NCBI RefSeq assembly: GCF_000981785.2
Contig: NZ_CP011304.1
Coordinates: 2,670,001 to 2,702,000, forward strand
Reading direction: 5' to 3'
From: Microcystis aeruginosa NIES-2549
GTDB lineage: Bacteria > Cyanobacteriota > Cyanobacteriia > Cyanobacteriales > Microcystaceae
DNA length: 32,000 nt
How positions within the stretch are numbered: the first letter of the stretch is position 1; every line of letters starts with the position of its first letter. The notes below the pieces were generated by a model. That model worked only from the letters and a program-made list of their open reading frames with translations. It ran no database searches and was not told where the DNA came from. Of the stretch, positions 16,506 to 25,522 are shown piece after piece. The translations under genes were made by a program, and so were the position numbers.

Positions 16506-17555
16506 ATGGTTGATGCTGCCACGTTCCCCTCCGACACCTCCGCGATCATTGATGCCTTTGAAACGCCTCTAGAGTTTAACTTTCAACTGCCGGATCCCGA
16601 AGATGAAACCATCCAAGATCACGACTTTCAGCAGCAACTGGATTCTTTTTGGAAAGTCTGCGATCGCTTTGATTTGCAAACGGAAATCTGGCGTGGGCGA
16701 ATTTTGCGAGCTATTCGCGACCGGGAGAAGCAAGGCGGTGATAGTCGCGGTACAGGCTTTTTAAACTGGTTAAAACAGCGAGAAATCACTAAAAGTCAAG
16801 CTTATGCTCTGATTCAATTGGCTAATAGTGCCGATACTCTCCTGGCAGAAGGACAACTGGATCCCGATAGTATCAATAATTTTAGTAAACGCGCCTTCGT
16901 AGAAACGGCCAAATCTGCCCCCGAAATTCAAAAATTAGTCAGTGATGCGGCCCGACAAGGGGAGAGAATTACCCGTCGGGAGGTGAAGCAATTGGCCGAT
17001 GAATGGACGGCTATGAGTTCAGATTTACTACCCGATGAAGTGAAGGAAAAAGCCAGCGACGGCAGTTTACCGGCGCGTCATCTCGCCCCTCTAGTGAAAG
17101 AATTAGAAAAGTTACCCGATACTCATATCGACACTCTCCGTCAAGAAATCGCCGCTAATCCCGATGTGGACACGGTAAAACTAATCACCTCGGAAGCACG
17201 CAGTTTAGCTAAATATCTCGATGCGGCGGCCCAAGTACAAACTCTCCGACGGGGTAATTTAGATATCGAAATGGCTTTAGAAGAAGCTTTGCGCGTCGAT
17301 TGTCTAAATACGGCGGCGGATCTGGTTAAACAAGCCACACAATTAGAGCAGGCCGTGGCTAAACTTTATACTACTTGGAAACGTTTGGGTAGTTTGTCTG
17401 ATCGCCTCTATGTGGATACGGGAGCAAGTAATCCCCATCTGCGCTCGATGTTAACCTGTTTGGAAAGTTTAACCAGTGAAGTGATCGAAGTAGAACTGGA
17501 TGAAGGTGGTCAAAAAATGGTACGTTTACGCATTATCAGCGATGGGGGAAGTTAG
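16506..17555 (+). CDS. Hypothetical protein with an acidic N-terminus and helical body (possible DUF3102-like HTH region)
   Basis: 349 aa. The segment EIWRGRILRAIRDREKQGGDSRGTGFLNWLKQREITKSQAYALIQLAN resembles DUF3102-type N-terminal regions, from memory only. Confidence 0.55.
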   Translation: MVDAATFPSDTSAIIDAFETPLEFNFQLPDPEDETIQDHDFQQQLDSFWKVCDRFDLQTEIWRGRILRAIRDREKQGGDSRGTGFLNWLKQREITKSQAYALIQLANSADTLLAEGQLDPDSINNFSKRAFVETAKSAPEIQKLVSDAARQGERITRREVKQLADEWTAMSSDLLPDEVKEKASDGSLPARHLAPLVKELEKLPDTHIDTLRQEIAANPDVDTVKLITSEARSLAKYLDAAAQVQTLRRGNLDIEMALEEALRVDCLNTAADLVKQATQLEQAVAKLYTTWKRLGSLSDRLYVDTGASNPHLRSMLTCLESLTSEVIEVELDEGGQKMVRLRIISDGGS

Positions 17556-17620
17556 ATGGGAATTATGAATTATGAATTGGCAAGTGGGGAGACTTTTCAG
17601 TTATCCGTGAGCAGTAATTA

Positions 17621-17646
17621 AGTACCTAAGCAAAATTAATTACACA
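17621..17646. repeat. Dispersed repeat AGTACCTAAGCAAAATTAATTAC.., copy 1
   Basis: A 23-nt identical core is shared with 22950-22975. Confidence 0.8.
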
Positions 17647-17658
17647 TATCTACCCCCC

Positions 17659-17686
17659 CTTGCCTCTTGCCTCCTGCCTTTTGCCT
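17659..17686. repeat. Heptamer array CTTGCCT CTTGCCT CCTGCCT TTTGCCT
   Basis: Read directly. It belongs to the same unit family as the CCTCTTG repeat in 2856-2880. Confidence 0.8.
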
Positions 17687-17863
17687 TTCTTCACTAGGAA
17701 ATTTATTTTGCACGACTACTTAGTAATCAGTGGGAAGTAGGGAGCAAAAAGTGTTCGACAAAAGCTCACGCCGAAGTCTGACGGCTGATAGCTGATAGCT
17801 TGCTGCTATAATCTCTGAATATCCTCAACTTTTATGAAAACTTATTAACAGATACTTGACTTT

Positions 17864-19462
17864 ATGCTAAAAATCAAGGAAAAAAAACAAATAATTAGCA
17901 TCAGTTCCATAACTGCGGCGATCTTGCTCAGTTTAACCCTAATTCCTGCCGCTATAGCCAAGGATGTCCTTCTGAGAGTGGGCATTGTCCAACGTTTTGG
18001 CGATGAAGCCAAGGAAAAATTAACCCTGAGCAGTACCAGTGGTGATAATCTCACCCTGCGCGTGGTGGGAGAAGATGGCCAATCCCAAACCCTGCAAACC
18101 AATCGCCTACAATTAGAAGTTATTCCCCGTCCCCTCGCTTCTCCCATCCTCCAAGAAAAAGTCATTTTGAGCGACCACGCCACCTTTGAAACCGCCGAAA
18201 ATAGCGCCAAAAATTGGGCAAAAATGGGCATTAAAGTGGAAATTACCCAACCCGGACGCTGGCAGGTTTGGGCAAAGCGAGAAGTTTATGAAAATCCCCT
18301 AGTGCGGCGTTGGTTGCTGACCAGTTTGCAAACCAAAGGCCACAATCAACCCTATATTAATACTGTTTTACTCAAAGAAAAGCCGCAAGTTTCTTTCCAG
18401 ATCAACGGGGTGCGCTATTTTCCCAAAGAATTAGAAATCGAGAGCCAAAAAAACCTGATTCAAGTTACCCATGGCCCCGATCAGGTACGTTTGTACGGGG
18501 GAACCATGCGCCTACAGCCCAACGCCTACGGCACTTTTACCCTAGTTAATAACGTTCCCCTCGAAACCTACCTGCGCGGGGTTGTACCCCACGAAATCGG
18601 TCATGATGCCCCAGAAAGTGCTACCCGGGCGCAAACTATTATCGCCCGCACCTACGCCCTCCGCAATCTCCGCCGTTTTCAAGCCGATAATTACGAACTC
18701 TGTGCCGATACCCATTGTCAAGTTTATTATGGATTGACGGGAACTAATCCCCGGGCTGATCAAGCGATCGCAGCCACGCGAGGCCTGGTTTTAACCTACC
18801 AAAATGAGTTAGTGGATGCCCTTTATTCCTCCACCACCGGCGGGGTAACTGCCCTCTTTAGTGATGTGTGGGATGGGGAAGAAAGACCTTATCTCCGGGC
18901 AGTGGTGGACTCCCCTAATCGAGTCTGGGATCTGTCGAAACAATCTCTCGCTAATGAGACAACTTTTCGCCAGTTTATTAATCTTAAAGATGGTTTTAAT
19001 GAGACAGGCCGACGGGTCTTTCGCTGGCAAAAACAAGCTTCTTTAGCTGATTTGAGTCAAGACCTAGAAACCTATTTAACACGCAGAAAACATCCCCTTG
19101 CCGACTTCCAGAAAATTCAATGGATGGAAGTGACTAAGCGCTCTCCTTCCGGTCGGATTCTGACTATGACTATTCAAACCGATAAGGGGATTTTGGAACT
19201 GCATAAAAATGAGGTGCGTAGTGCCTTAGGACCACCTCGCAGTACCCTATTCTACATCGATCCTATCTACGATACCAATCGACAGATCCAGGGTTATAAC
19301 TTTATTGGTGGCGGTTTCGGCCACGGGGTAGGATTAAGTCAATTTGGTTCCTATAATTTGGCCCGTTTGGGTTGGTCTCCCGAACAAATTCTCGCTTTCT
19401 ATTATCCCGGCACTATCATCCAACCTCTCAATAATTCGATTGTCTTTTGGCGAGGAAATTAA
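17864..19462 (+). CDS. SpoIID/LytB domain protein (putative peptidoglycan-remodelling lytic transglycosylase family), secreted
   Basis: 532 aa with a signal peptide (SSITAAILLSLTLIPAAIA), then YLRGVVPHEI, RAQTIIARTYAL, YSSTTGGVT and GHGVGLSQFG. Confidence 0.88.
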   Translation: MLKIKEKKQIISISSITAAILLSLTLIPAAIAKDVLLRVGIVQRFGDEAKEKLTLSSTSGDNLTLRVVGEDGQSQTLQTNRLQLEVIPRPLASPILQEKVILSDHATFETAENSAKNWAKMGIKVEITQPGRWQVWAKREVYENPLVRRWLLTSLQTKGHNQPYINTVLLKEKPQVSFQINGVRYFPKELEIESQKNLIQVTHGPDQVRLYGGTMRLQPNAYGTFTLVNNVPLETYLRGVVPHEIGHDAPESATRAQTIIARTYALRNLRRFQADNYELCADTHCQVYYGLTGTNPRADQAIAATRGLVLTYQNELVDALYSSTTGGVTALFSDVWDGEERPYLRAVVDSPNRVWDLSKQSLANETTFRQFINLKDGFNETGRRVFRWQKQASLADLSQDLETYLTRRKHPLADFQKIQWMEVTKRSPSGRILTMTIQTDKGILELHKNEVRSALGPPRSTLFYIDPIYDTNRQIQGYNFIGGGFGHGVGLSQFGSYNLARLGWSPEQILAFYYPGTIIQPLNNSIVFWRGN

Positions 19463-19532
19463 TCAGTTATCAGTTATCAGTTATCAGTTATGAGTTATCA
19501 GTTATCAGTTATCAGTTATCAGTTATCAGTGA
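19463..19532. repeat. 10-unit heptamer array TCAGTTA (one TGAGTTA, last TCAGTGA) starting on the base after the SpoIID stop codon
   Basis: Hand-parsed. TAA is at 19460-19462 and the array starts at 19463. Confidence 0.92.
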
Positions 19533-19610
19533 ACAGGGATATCAGGAGAAAAAAGCTGACGGCTAAAAGGCTAACGGCTAAAAAATCGCCTTCATCTATT
19601 TGACTAAATT

Positions 19611-20300
19611 TTACATCGGTAAACGCTGAATATCTCGGTTAGAACCAATTACCACCATGGCTAAATCCTTGTGTAATCTTTCTTGGGGATTGGGGTTAAT
19701 CTTGAATTTTTCCGCATTACCGACAGCGACAATATTTAACCCATAACGATTACGAATTTCTAACTCTGCTAGGGTTTTACCGTGAAAAGCTTCCGGGACT
19801 TTTAACTCGACAATACTATGTTCGGGATCGAGATCAAATCGTTCTAAAATTGATGGTCTAGTTAAACGGTGCGCTAACTCACAACCGGCATCGTATTCGG
19901 GAAAAACTACTAAATCTGCACCAACTTTTTTTAGTAATTTTCCATGGATTTCTGTGGAGGCTTTAGCGGCGACAAAATTAACCCCCGCTTCCTTACAATT
20001 GAGAGTAGTAATGATACTTTCTTCCACGTATTTACCAATAGCAACAATCACCGTATCGGTTTCAAAAATTCCTGCTTCTCGCAGGGCGTTAGGTTTGGTA
20101 GAATCAAGCTCGATCGCATTATCTACTATTCGATCAGATAACGCTTGTGCTACTAATCCTTCGTCAATATCTGTCGCTACCACTTGATAACCTTGTTTGC
20201 GTAAGGTTTCACAAACGGCTCGCCCAAATCTGCCTAATCCGATGACGGCAAATTGACGATTTTGGGGACGCATACTACTAAAAAATTTAATTGATTGCAT
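19611..20300 (-). CDS. ktrA: K+ uptake system NAD-binding peripheral subunit KtrA/TrkA
   Basis: 229 aa with a Rossmann motif FAVIGLGRFGRAV and a C-terminal RCK-C part. It lies downstream of ktrB. The start is likely the internal MRPQNRQ. Confidence 0.88.
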   Translation of the reverse strand: MQSIKFFSSMRPQNRQFAVIGLGRFGRAVCETLRKQGYQVVATDIDEGLVAQALSDRIVDNAIELDSTKPNALREAGIFETDTVIVAIGKYVEESIITTLNCKEAGVNFVAAKASTEIHGKLLKKVGADLVVFPEYDAGCELAHRLTRPSILERFDLDPEHSIVELKVPEAFHGKTLAELEIRNRYGLNIVAVGNAEKFKINPNPQERLHKDLAMVVIGSNRDIQRLPM

Positions 20301-20348
20301 AATTTTAAGTTAAACTGTTAGGCATTTAAAATGCTGGTGTCAATAGGT

Positions 20349-20376
20349 ACTGATAACTGATAACTAATAACTGATA
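20349..20376. repeat. Heptamer array ACTGATA x4 (one ACTAATA) in the ktrB-ktrA spacer
   Basis: Read directly. It ends 4 nt from the ktrB stop (TTA on + at 20381-20383). Confidence 0.85.
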
Positions 20377-20380
20377 TTAA

Positions 20381-21715
20381 TTATCCCACTAAAAGGTTTT
20401 CTTCGGGGTAATTAATAACTGTTGGTTTCGGATCGCCGATAATAGCCGCTATTAAAAGTATAACTCCTACCCGTCCCAAATACATCATAAAAATAATAAT
20501 TAACTTAGAAATCGGCGATAAAGCGGCGGTTATACCCGTAGATAGGCCGACAGTTCCAAAGGCAGAAACCACCTCAAAAAACAGTTGAATCATTTGAAAA
20601 TCTGTCTCCACAAATGAGATAGCTAGGGTGGAGATAATAATCGCTATAACCGAACCAAAAACCACCGCCATTGACTTTAAAATTAACGGCGTGGGAATGC
20701 GTCTTTGATAAAGAGTCACTTCTTCACGACCTCTTAAAACCGAGCGGGTACAATTATATAAAATCCTAAAAGTTGTGGTCTTAATACCGCCCCCTGTACC
20801 GCTAGGACTGGCACCAATAAACATCAAAGCCATGGTAATTAATAAACCTTCTACGGAAATTTTACCAATATCAATAGTATTAAATCCTGCTGTTCTAGAT
20901 GTTACCGATTGGAACCAAGCGGCCAGCAATTTATCTTTAATTGATAAATTAGCCAAAGTGTCAGTATTTCCCTGTTCAGTAAGTAAAAAAGCTAAGGTTC
21001 CTATCACTAATAAAAATATAGTTGTGCTGATAGCAACTTTATAGTTAAGGGAAAAAACAAAGCCTTTTCGTTTATATTGAAAGCGGTGAATAAACCAAGT
21101 GTAAAACTCGATAATTACCTGATAACCGATACCTCCAAAAATGATCAATCCTGTGATAGATAAGTTAATAATAATTGAAGACTGATAGGACATTAAGTTA
21201 TCTTTAAACAAGCCAAAACCCGCATTATTCCAGGCACTAATACTATGGAATAAAGATAACCACACCGCATATCTAAAATCATACTGTTGGGCGAAGACAG
21301 TTAACATAACCAAAGTTGCTGTTAACTCAAAAACTAGAGTAGTAGCAATCACTGATTTCATTAAACTTTGACTACCTTGCAGGAAAGGTCGATCAAAGGA
21401 TTCTTGAATTGCTAACTTCTGTCTCAGGTCAAATTTTCGCCCAATTAATAACATTAAAAAAGTGGTAGTGGTCATATATCCCAACCCCCCCACTTGCACT
21501 AATAAAGCAATAAATAATTGACCCCAAAAAGAAAAATAAGTACCCGTATCTACTACCGCTAAACCCGTGACACAGACGGCAGAAGTGGAGGTAAAGAGGG
21601 CAACAATTGGGTCATTCCAAGTGCCGCTAGTGGTAGAAACAGGCAACATCAACAGGGAAGTTCCCGCTAAAATTACCGCAATAAATCCCAAGCAAATTGT
21701 CCGGGCAATCGTCAT
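20381..21715 (-). CDS. ktrB: K+ transporter membrane subunit KtrB (TrkH family)
   Basis: 444 aa and multipass, with repeated pore-loop glycine motifs (CVTGLAV, NNAGFGL, RTAGFNT, TVGLSTG). Confidence 0.9.
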   Translation of the reverse strand: MTIARTICLGFIAVILAGTSLLMLPVSTTSGTWNDPIVALFTSTSAVCVTGLAVVDTGTYFSFWGQLFIALLVQVGGLGYMTTTTFLMLLIGRKFDLRQKLAIQESFDRPFLQGSQSLMKSVIATTLVFELTATLVMLTVFAQQYDFRYAVWLSLFHSISAWNNAGFGLFKDNLMSYQSSIIINLSITGLIIFGGIGYQVIIEFYTWFIHRFQYKRKGFVFSLNYKVAISTTIFLLVIGTLAFLLTEQGNTDTLANLSIKDKLLAAWFQSVTSRTAGFNTIDIGKISVEGLLITMALMFIGASPSGTGGGIKTTTFRILYNCTRSVLRGREEVTLYQRRIPTPLILKSMAVVFGSVIAIIISTLAISFVETDFQMIQLFFEVVSAFGTVGLSTGITAALSPISKLIIIFMMYLGRVGVILLIAAIIGDPKPTVINYPEENLLVG

Positions 21716-21724
21716 ATAAATTCC

Positions 21725-22873
21725 TTAGTGAAAGTAGCTAAGAGAAGATTGTTTTTCGGCTAACACTTCTTGATAAACTAACTGTAAGCGATCAATATTT
21801 TTACTGAGAGTATAAGAGTCTAAAACTCTTTGACGGGCTTTTTGACCTAAAATTGTGGTTAATTCGGGATGATCTCGTAAGACGGGCAAGAGAGTTTTTA
21901 ATTGGGTAATTAGTCCTTTAGTATCTAGAACTATTCCCGCACCTTTTAACACTTCCCCATCGGCCCCCACATCCGTAGCCAGACAAGCAACACCGCAGGC
22001 CATCGCTTCCAAGAGGGAAATCGATAAACCTTCGACTAATGAGGGTAAAATAAAGCCGTCAACCCCGCGCAAAATTTCAATTCGTTTATTTTCATCGCCG
22101 ATAAAACCTAACCAGATAATACCATCTTCTTCTCCATAAAAAGGTTTGAGGGAAGGAGTTAACGGGCCATCGCCAACAATGAGCAGTTTGCATCTACCCC
22201 CTAAATTGGTTTTTTTCCAAGCTTTCAATAAAGATTCTACATTTTTCTCCGGCATGATCCGACCGAGATAAACAAATAAACAATCGGCATTATATTGAGC
22301 TTTAATATTCGATAGTCCTGGACAATACTTATTAACATCAACCCCATTGGGAATAATTGCTAATTTTTCTTCGGGAACTCCCAATTTAACTAAAAAATCC
22401 CGTTGAGAGGTGGAAAAAATAATTACCTTATCGTAATTAGCTAAAAAAGGGGCGTGTAGTTGGTAGGTTAATAATTGGGTACTGGAGATGAGATTGCGAA
22501 TTTTACTATCAAAAGCCGGGTGAAAAGTCGCCACCAGAGGCAAATCTAAAGACTCACAAATTTCCGGTAGCAGAAAATCGAGGGGAGACAGGGGTAAGGA
22601 CGCATGAACTAGATCCGGTTTCAGTTCCCTGAGTTTATCCTGTAGAACCCGACTCGATTTCAGGGTGGGAATAGTATAGACTTGGGAACTATAGAGACGT
22701 GGCAGGGTGATTTCGTCGTAAAAGTCCGGCCAATCGCTTACGGTGGGTTTTTCGGAAGAAAAATGCAGAAAACTGACTTGATAATCTCGATCGAGCAGGG
22801 AATTAGTCACTTCTCGCCCATAGGTAACGTTACCGCAAAAAGGAGATTTTTTTCCTAACCAGGCAATGTGCAT
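21725..22873 (-). CDS. dgdA: GT4-family glycosyltransferase, possibly digalactosyldiacylglycerol synthase DgdA (= KtrE position)
   Basis: 382 aa with the E-x7-E motif EGLSISLLEAMACG. It ends 9 nt upstream of ktrB. In Synechocystis the GT gene adjacent to ktrB (slr1508) was described first as ktrE and later as dgdA, so the symbol rests on synteny only. Confidence 0.55.
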   Translation of the reverse strand: MHIAWLGKKSPFCGNVTYGREVTNSLLDRDYQVSFLHFSSEKPTVSDWPDFYDEITLPRLYSSQVYTIPTLKSSRVLQDKLRELKPDLVHASLPLSPLDFLLPEICESLDLPLVATFHPAFDSKIRNLISSTQLLTYQLHAPFLANYDKVIIFSTSQRDFLVKLGVPEEKLAIIPNGVDVNKYCPGLSNIKAQYNADCLFVYLGRIMPEKNVESLLKAWKKTNLGGRCKLLIVGDGPLTPSLKPFYGEEDGIIWLGFIGDENKRIEILRGVDGFILPSLVEGLSISLLEAMACGVACLATDVGADGEVLKGAGIVLDTKGLITQLKTLLPVLRDHPELTTILGQKARQRVLDSYTLSKNIDRLQLVYQEVLAEKQSSLSYFH

Positions 22874-22949
22874 TCAGATTCTCTTAAGAAAAAGTTAATT
22901 TAGCCAAGTATCAGCTTACTAAATTAGCCGTAAAATTAAAAGCCAATAG

Positions 22950-22975
22950 AGTACCTAAGCAAAATTAATTACCCA
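22950..22975. repeat. Dispersed repeat AGTACCTAAGCAAAATTAATTAC.., copy 2
   Basis: Matches 17621-17646. Confidence 0.8.
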
Positions 22976-23042
22976 TCTAAGTCCTCAGCTAAAAATTGCC
23001 CTTTGCAAGAGTGCCTATTTGATAGTTAAAATTCTCGGCTTT

Positions 23043-23198
23043 TTACTGATTCGCCGAGGACTTGCGACGACGACAACGTTCTGAACAGTATTTGACCTCA
23101 TGCCAACAGTTTTGCCACTTTTTGCGCCAAGTAAAGGATAAACCGCAAACAGGACAAATTTTACTGGGAAGATCGGACTTCGAGATCTGACGTGCCAT
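23043..23198 (-). CDS. DUF2256-type small zinc-binding protein (51 aa). Absent from the ORF track.
   Basis: Hand translation gives [51 protein letters not shown]. The pattern CPVCG..FTWRKKW....[11 protein letters not shown] is the DUF2256 signature as I remember it. Confidence 0.75.
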   Translation of the reverse strand: MARQISKSDLPSKICPVCGLSFTWRKKWQNCWHEVKYCSERCRRRKSSANQ

Positions 23199-23234
23199 GA
23201 TTAAAATTAAAAAGTCAAAAACTGCGCCTTATCT

Positions 23235-24035
23235 ATGAGTGTAGATGAAAATAATCAGAGTTCCCCACTCGATCGCCTGAGAATTATTTTAGTTGAACCG
23301 GCCGGAGCCTTAAATGTGGGTTCCACTGCCAGAATTATGCGTAATATGGGCTTAAGTCGCTTAATTATCGTCAATCCCGCCTGTGATATCCTTGCAGAAG
23401 AAGCGCGACGCATGGCAGTACACGGAATTGAAGTCCTAGAAAACTGTTCACGGGTAGCCACCTTGGGGGAAGCTTTGCAGGGTTGTCATCGCATCATTGC
23501 CACCACCTCGAAACCCCGTCACCTGAATACTCCCCTCGAAACACCCCGGACCGCCTTACCCTGGTTACTCACCCCTAACCTGGAATCGGCCCTAATTTTC
23601 GGGCCAGAAGACCGGGGTTTAAGTAACAGCGAACTGAACCACGCCCAGCGTTTTGTCGGTATTCCCGCTAATCCTCAATATTCCTCCCTTAATCTCGCCC
23701 AAGCGGTGGCGGTTTGCTCCTACGAACTGTATCAAATGGCGACGGAAAATAGGCTCGAACCCCCGGTAGAAACGCTCCCTAATGCCACTTTTGAGGCTCT
23801 AGAAGGCTATTATCAGCACTTGGAGAGCTTTTTGCTCAAAATTGGCTATCTTTACCCCCACACCGCCGCCGCTAGGATGGAGAAATTCCGGCAATTTTAT
23901 CATCGGGCCCGGCCCACGGTGGAGGAATTAGCCCTGCTGCGGGGCATTATCGGTCATATTGAAAGTATCGGGCAACTTTTTCTCGGTCTTGATAGTCTCA
24001 AGGGCAAGAAAAAAAATTCTCCTAGCGATCGATAA
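23235..24035 (+). CDS. SPOUT-class RNA 2'-O-methyltransferase (TrmH family group 1 / TrmJ-like)
   Basis: 266 aa with LRIILVEPAGALNVGSTARIMRNMG, LIFGPEDRGLSN and IPANPQYSSLNLAQAVAV. Confidence 0.85.
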   Translation: MSVDENNQSSPLDRLRIILVEPAGALNVGSTARIMRNMGLSRLIIVNPACDILAEEARRMAVHGIEVLENCSRVATLGEALQGCHRIIATTSKPRHLNTPLETPRTALPWLLTPNLESALIFGPEDRGLSNSELNHAQRFVGIPANPQYSSLNLAQAVAVCSYELYQMATENRLEPPVETLPNATFEALEGYYQHLESFLLKIGYLYPHTAAARMEKFRQFYHRARPTVEELALLRGIIGHIESIGQLFLGLDSLKGKKKNSPSDR

Positions 24036-24050
24036 TAAATCTGGATACCC

Positions 24051-25244
24051 TTGAGGAAAACCGTGACTCGTCAAGTAACTCGTCGTCCCACTAAAGTCCA
24101 ATCCGGCCCTGGGTCCCCTAAGTCTATGGACTCAAACAATAAAAAAAGGCCTGTACCAGTTAAAAAGTCGCAAAAACAACGTAAACCTAACCTAATCGCC
24201 TCTTTTCTCCTTCAGGTTCTTCGCTTCTCTATCCTTGGTGTCGGTTTAGGTGCGATCGCTGGTACAGTTTTAACGGTGGTGGATCCGAGCAAATTACCCC
24301 TACACCCAAAACCCACCGCTACTAATTCCCCGACTCCCCAACCCGTCACCCCAAAACCGACCACGTTAGTTTTAAACGAAAATCTTAGCAGCCTCAACCA
24401 GAAATTACAGGCTTTAGCGGTCAAATATCCGAAATTACAGGCGGGAGCTTTATTTATTGACCTCGATAACGGTGCTTACGCTAATTTTCGCGGAGATACT
24501 ATTTTTTCCGCCGCTAGTACGATTAAAATCCCGATTCTGGTGGCCTTTTTTGAGGATGTGGATGCGGGAAAAATTCGTCTCGATGAACCCCTTGTGGCCA
24601 GTAAGGATGTCATGGCCAGTGGATCTGGGGATATGCAGTATCTAGGAGTGAATAAAACCTATACTGCCCTAGAAACCGCCACTAAAATGAACGTAATTAG
24701 CGATAATACCGCTACTAATATGTTAATCAAGCGCATGGGAGGCAAAAAGGCTCTTAATCAGCGTTTTCAAGCTTGGGGTTTGACCAGTACGGTAATTAAT
24801 AACCCTTTACCAGACTTGGAAGGAACCAATACCACAAGTCCGAGAGATTTGGTGACAATCTTAGGAAAAGTTAATCAAGGGGAATTACTCAGTTTACGTT
24901 CCCGCGATCGTCTATTAAATATTATGCAGGAAACGCGCACTCGCACCCTGCTGCCGCAAGGTATCGAGAAATCCGCCGATATTGCCCATAAAACCGGTGA
25001 TATTGGCTCGCTGTTAGCGGATGCGGGGATTATTGATATGCCCAACGGGAAACGCTATCTAGGAGCAGTAATGGTCAAACGTCCCCACAATGATAGTAAC
25101 GCTAGGACTCTGATTCAACAAATATCGCGCACGGCCTACCAACACTTTAAATGGTATCAAACTCAACCCGCAGCCAAACCGCAACCGGTCGCCCAATCTT
25201 CTCCCTCTCCTAGTCCGGTCGTTATTCCTAGTCCGGGTAATTAG
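24051..25244 (+). CDS. Membrane-anchored class-A beta-lactamase-fold serine hydrolase; start uncertain (TTG 24051, GTG 24063 or ATG 24126)
   Basis: S-x-x-K (AASTIKI), SDN (VISDNTATN) and KTG (AHKTGD) motifs are in the correct order. The N-terminus is basic with a TM helix, and both linkers are Pro-rich. Confidence 0.82.
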   Translation: MRKTVTRQVTRRPTKVQSGPGSPKSMDSNNKKRPVPVKKSQKQRKPNLIASFLLQVLRFSILGVGLGAIAGTVLTVVDPSKLPLHPKPTATNSPTPQPVTPKPTTLVLNENLSSLNQKLQALAVKYPKLQAGALFIDLDNGAYANFRGDTIFSAASTIKIPILVAFFEDVDAGKIRLDEPLVASKDVMASGSGDMQYLGVNKTYTALETATKMNVISDNTATNMLIKRMGGKKALNQRFQAWGLTSTVINNPLPDLEGTNTTSPRDLVTILGKVNQGELLSLRSRDRLLNIMQETRTRTLLPQGIEKSADIAHKTGDIGSLLADAGIIDMPNGKRYLGAVMVKRPHNDSNARTLIQQISRTAYQHFKWYQTQPAAKPQPVAQSSPSPSPVVIPSPGN

Positions 25245-25247
25245 CCC

Positions 25248-25514
25248 CTAGGTTAAATTATTGGCTAAAAGACGGGCTAATTGTTCGGCATTTGCCCGGG
25301 GGGAAAGACGAGGAAGGATTTTTTCCCCCGTGGCTAGTTTTTGACAGAGGACGGGGATTTCGTACTGATAAGCGTTAAACCAATCCTCTCGACTGGTAAT
25401 GTCCCTAATTTCTAACTGCCACTCCGGTTGACGGATTTTTTCTAGTTTTTCTAGCAACCCTTCGCAAAGATGACAGTCCGGTTTACTGTATAAAATTAGT
25501 TCTATGGTAGTCAT
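25248..25514 (-). CDS. Glutaredoxin-like thioredoxin-fold protein (DUF836 type)
   Basis: 88 aa with LILYSKPDCHLCEGL (CxxC) and a later EIPVL. Confidence 0.8.
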   Translation of the reverse strand: MTTIELILYSKPDCHLCEGLLEKLEKIRQPEWQLEIRDITSREDWFNAYQYEIPVLCQKLATGEKILPRLSPRANAEQLARLLANNLT

Positions 25515-25522
25515 AAATATTT

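Noticed and set aside
17845-18231. 128-aa minus-strand ORF overlapping the SpoIID 5' region (also 18542-18763, 18809-19036 and 18861-19046)
   Set aside because: They are embedded in or antisense to a CDS with clear SpoIID motifs and have no features of their own.
12132-19532. The heptamer arrays as CRISPR arrays
   Set aside because: The units are 7 nt with no spacers and no cas genes. They are microsatellite-like STRR repeats, not CRISPR.
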